From contig OZ242260.1 of NCBI GenBank assembly GCA_965207065.1, positions 3,520,001 through 3,584,000 on the forward strand: a DNA stretch of 64,000 bases, read 5' to 3'. Made by a program: the position numbers and the translations under genes. Below, in pieces: positions 63,170 through 64,000 of the stretch (positions within the stretch are counted from its first letter, which is position 1; every line of letters starts with the position of its first letter). The DNA is from a bacterium. GTDB taxonomy: Bacteria > UBA8248. Below the pieces are notes generated by a model. It saw nothing but the letters and a program-made list of their open reading frames with translations, ran no database searches and was not told where the DNA came from.

Positions 63170-64000
63170 CTAGGCTTGGCCGGGCGCCAGGTCAGTCGGC
63201 GAAGACTGCGGGTCATCACGAGGTTTTTCCTCCGGTTGTGGTGAAGCCGAAGTGTCTTGTTCGCCAACCTCGTCTTTACGCTTGCGACTCCTGGTAATCT
63301 GCCCGGTTTCCATCAAAGACTCGATATCTTTAAGATCGATGGTTTCATACTCGAGCAGCGCATTGGCGAGCAAATCGAGCTTGTCCCGATTTTCCTCAAG
63401 CAATTTATACGCTCTCTCATAACTCGACGAAACCATATTCTTCACTTCATTATCAATTTCAAGGGCCACCTGGTCGCTATAGTCCCTGTGTTGGGAAATT
63501 TCACGCCCCAGGAAGATTTGCTCATGTTTTTTCCCATATGCCAATGGACCGAGCTTTTCGCTCATCCCCCATTCACAAACCATGCTTCTCGCCAAGTCAG
63601 TCGACGTCTGGATGTCGGCTTTCGCACCTGTCGTTAATTCCTCAAAAACCAGCATCTCCGCCGCACGTCCACCCATCAGGCAAGCAAGCTGATTCGTTAA
63701 AAATGTTTTGTCGTTGCTATAACGATCTTCGAGAGGCGAAGACCACGTGCTTCCCAACGAAAAACCTCGTGGAATGATCGTCACTTTCTCGACGGGGTCC
63801 GTCCCCGGTATCAGCAATGAAACAAGGGCGTGCCCCGCTTCGTGATAGGCTGTATTTCTCTTTTCTTTTTCGCTGAGCGCCATGCTACGCCGCTCTTTGC
63901 CCATCAAGACTTTATCCTTCGCTTCCATCAGATCTTCATTTTCAACAGAACGTTTCCCCCGGCGCGCCGCAAGAAGTGCGGATTCGTTCAAAAGGTTCGC
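63170..64000 (-). CDS. ftsH: ATP-dependent zinc metalloprotease FtsH, 3' part
   Basis: NESALLAAR, TAYHEAGHA, KVTIIPRG, GGRAAE, WGMSEKLGP. Confidence 0.95.
   Translation of the reverse strand, partial: ANLLNESALLAARRGKRSVENEDLMEAKDKVLMGKERRSMALSEKEKRNTAYHEAGHALVSLLIPGTDPVEKVTIIPRGFSLGSTWSSPLEDRYSNDKTFLTNQLACLMGGRAAEMLVFEELTTGAKADIQTSTDLARSMVCEWGMSEKLGPLAYGKKHEQIFLGREISQHRDYSDQVALEIDNEVKNMVSSSYERAYKLLEENRDKLDLLANALLEYETIDLKDIESLMETGQITRSRKRKDEVGEQDTSASPQPEEKPRDDPQSSPTDLAPGQA

Overview
64 kb of a diderm bacterial chromosome (lptABC, rpoN, nlpD). The gene order resembles Deltaproteobacteria/Nitrospinota-type lineages; this is an inference, not an identification. The left end carries a DtxR/MntR-type regulator with an Fe(III) ABC transporter, sugar/glycerate kinases, and a GldA/GldF/GldG-like ABC + DUF4340 operon preceded by a sigma70 promoter and a near-perfect CIRCE operator. 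The GC-rich middle (about 13-42 kb) holds many catabolic enzymes, two metY paralogues, surE-pcm, nlpD-apt and three tRNAs (Pro-GGG, Pro-CGG, Arg-CCT). It also has a small low-GC islet at tRNA-Arg encoding a divergent class III cyclase-like protein, and intergenic spacers packed with nested palindromic repeats of several families. The right third is housekeeping: bioB, a frameshifted rtcB, EF-G paralogue, der, amidase, ahcY, metK, PTS/hprK, rpoN, lptBAC, tsaE, nnr, pdxJ and ftsH. No CRISPR array, rRNA, intact transposase or integrase was seen. The best candidates for new biology are the CIRCE-controlled Gld-like/DUF4340 envelope system, the tRNA-Arg cyclase islet, the metal-ligand-less M24 hydrolase paired with a mycothiol-type formaldehyde dehydrogenase, and the nested repeat cassettes. 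All family assignments come from motif recognition, not database searches.
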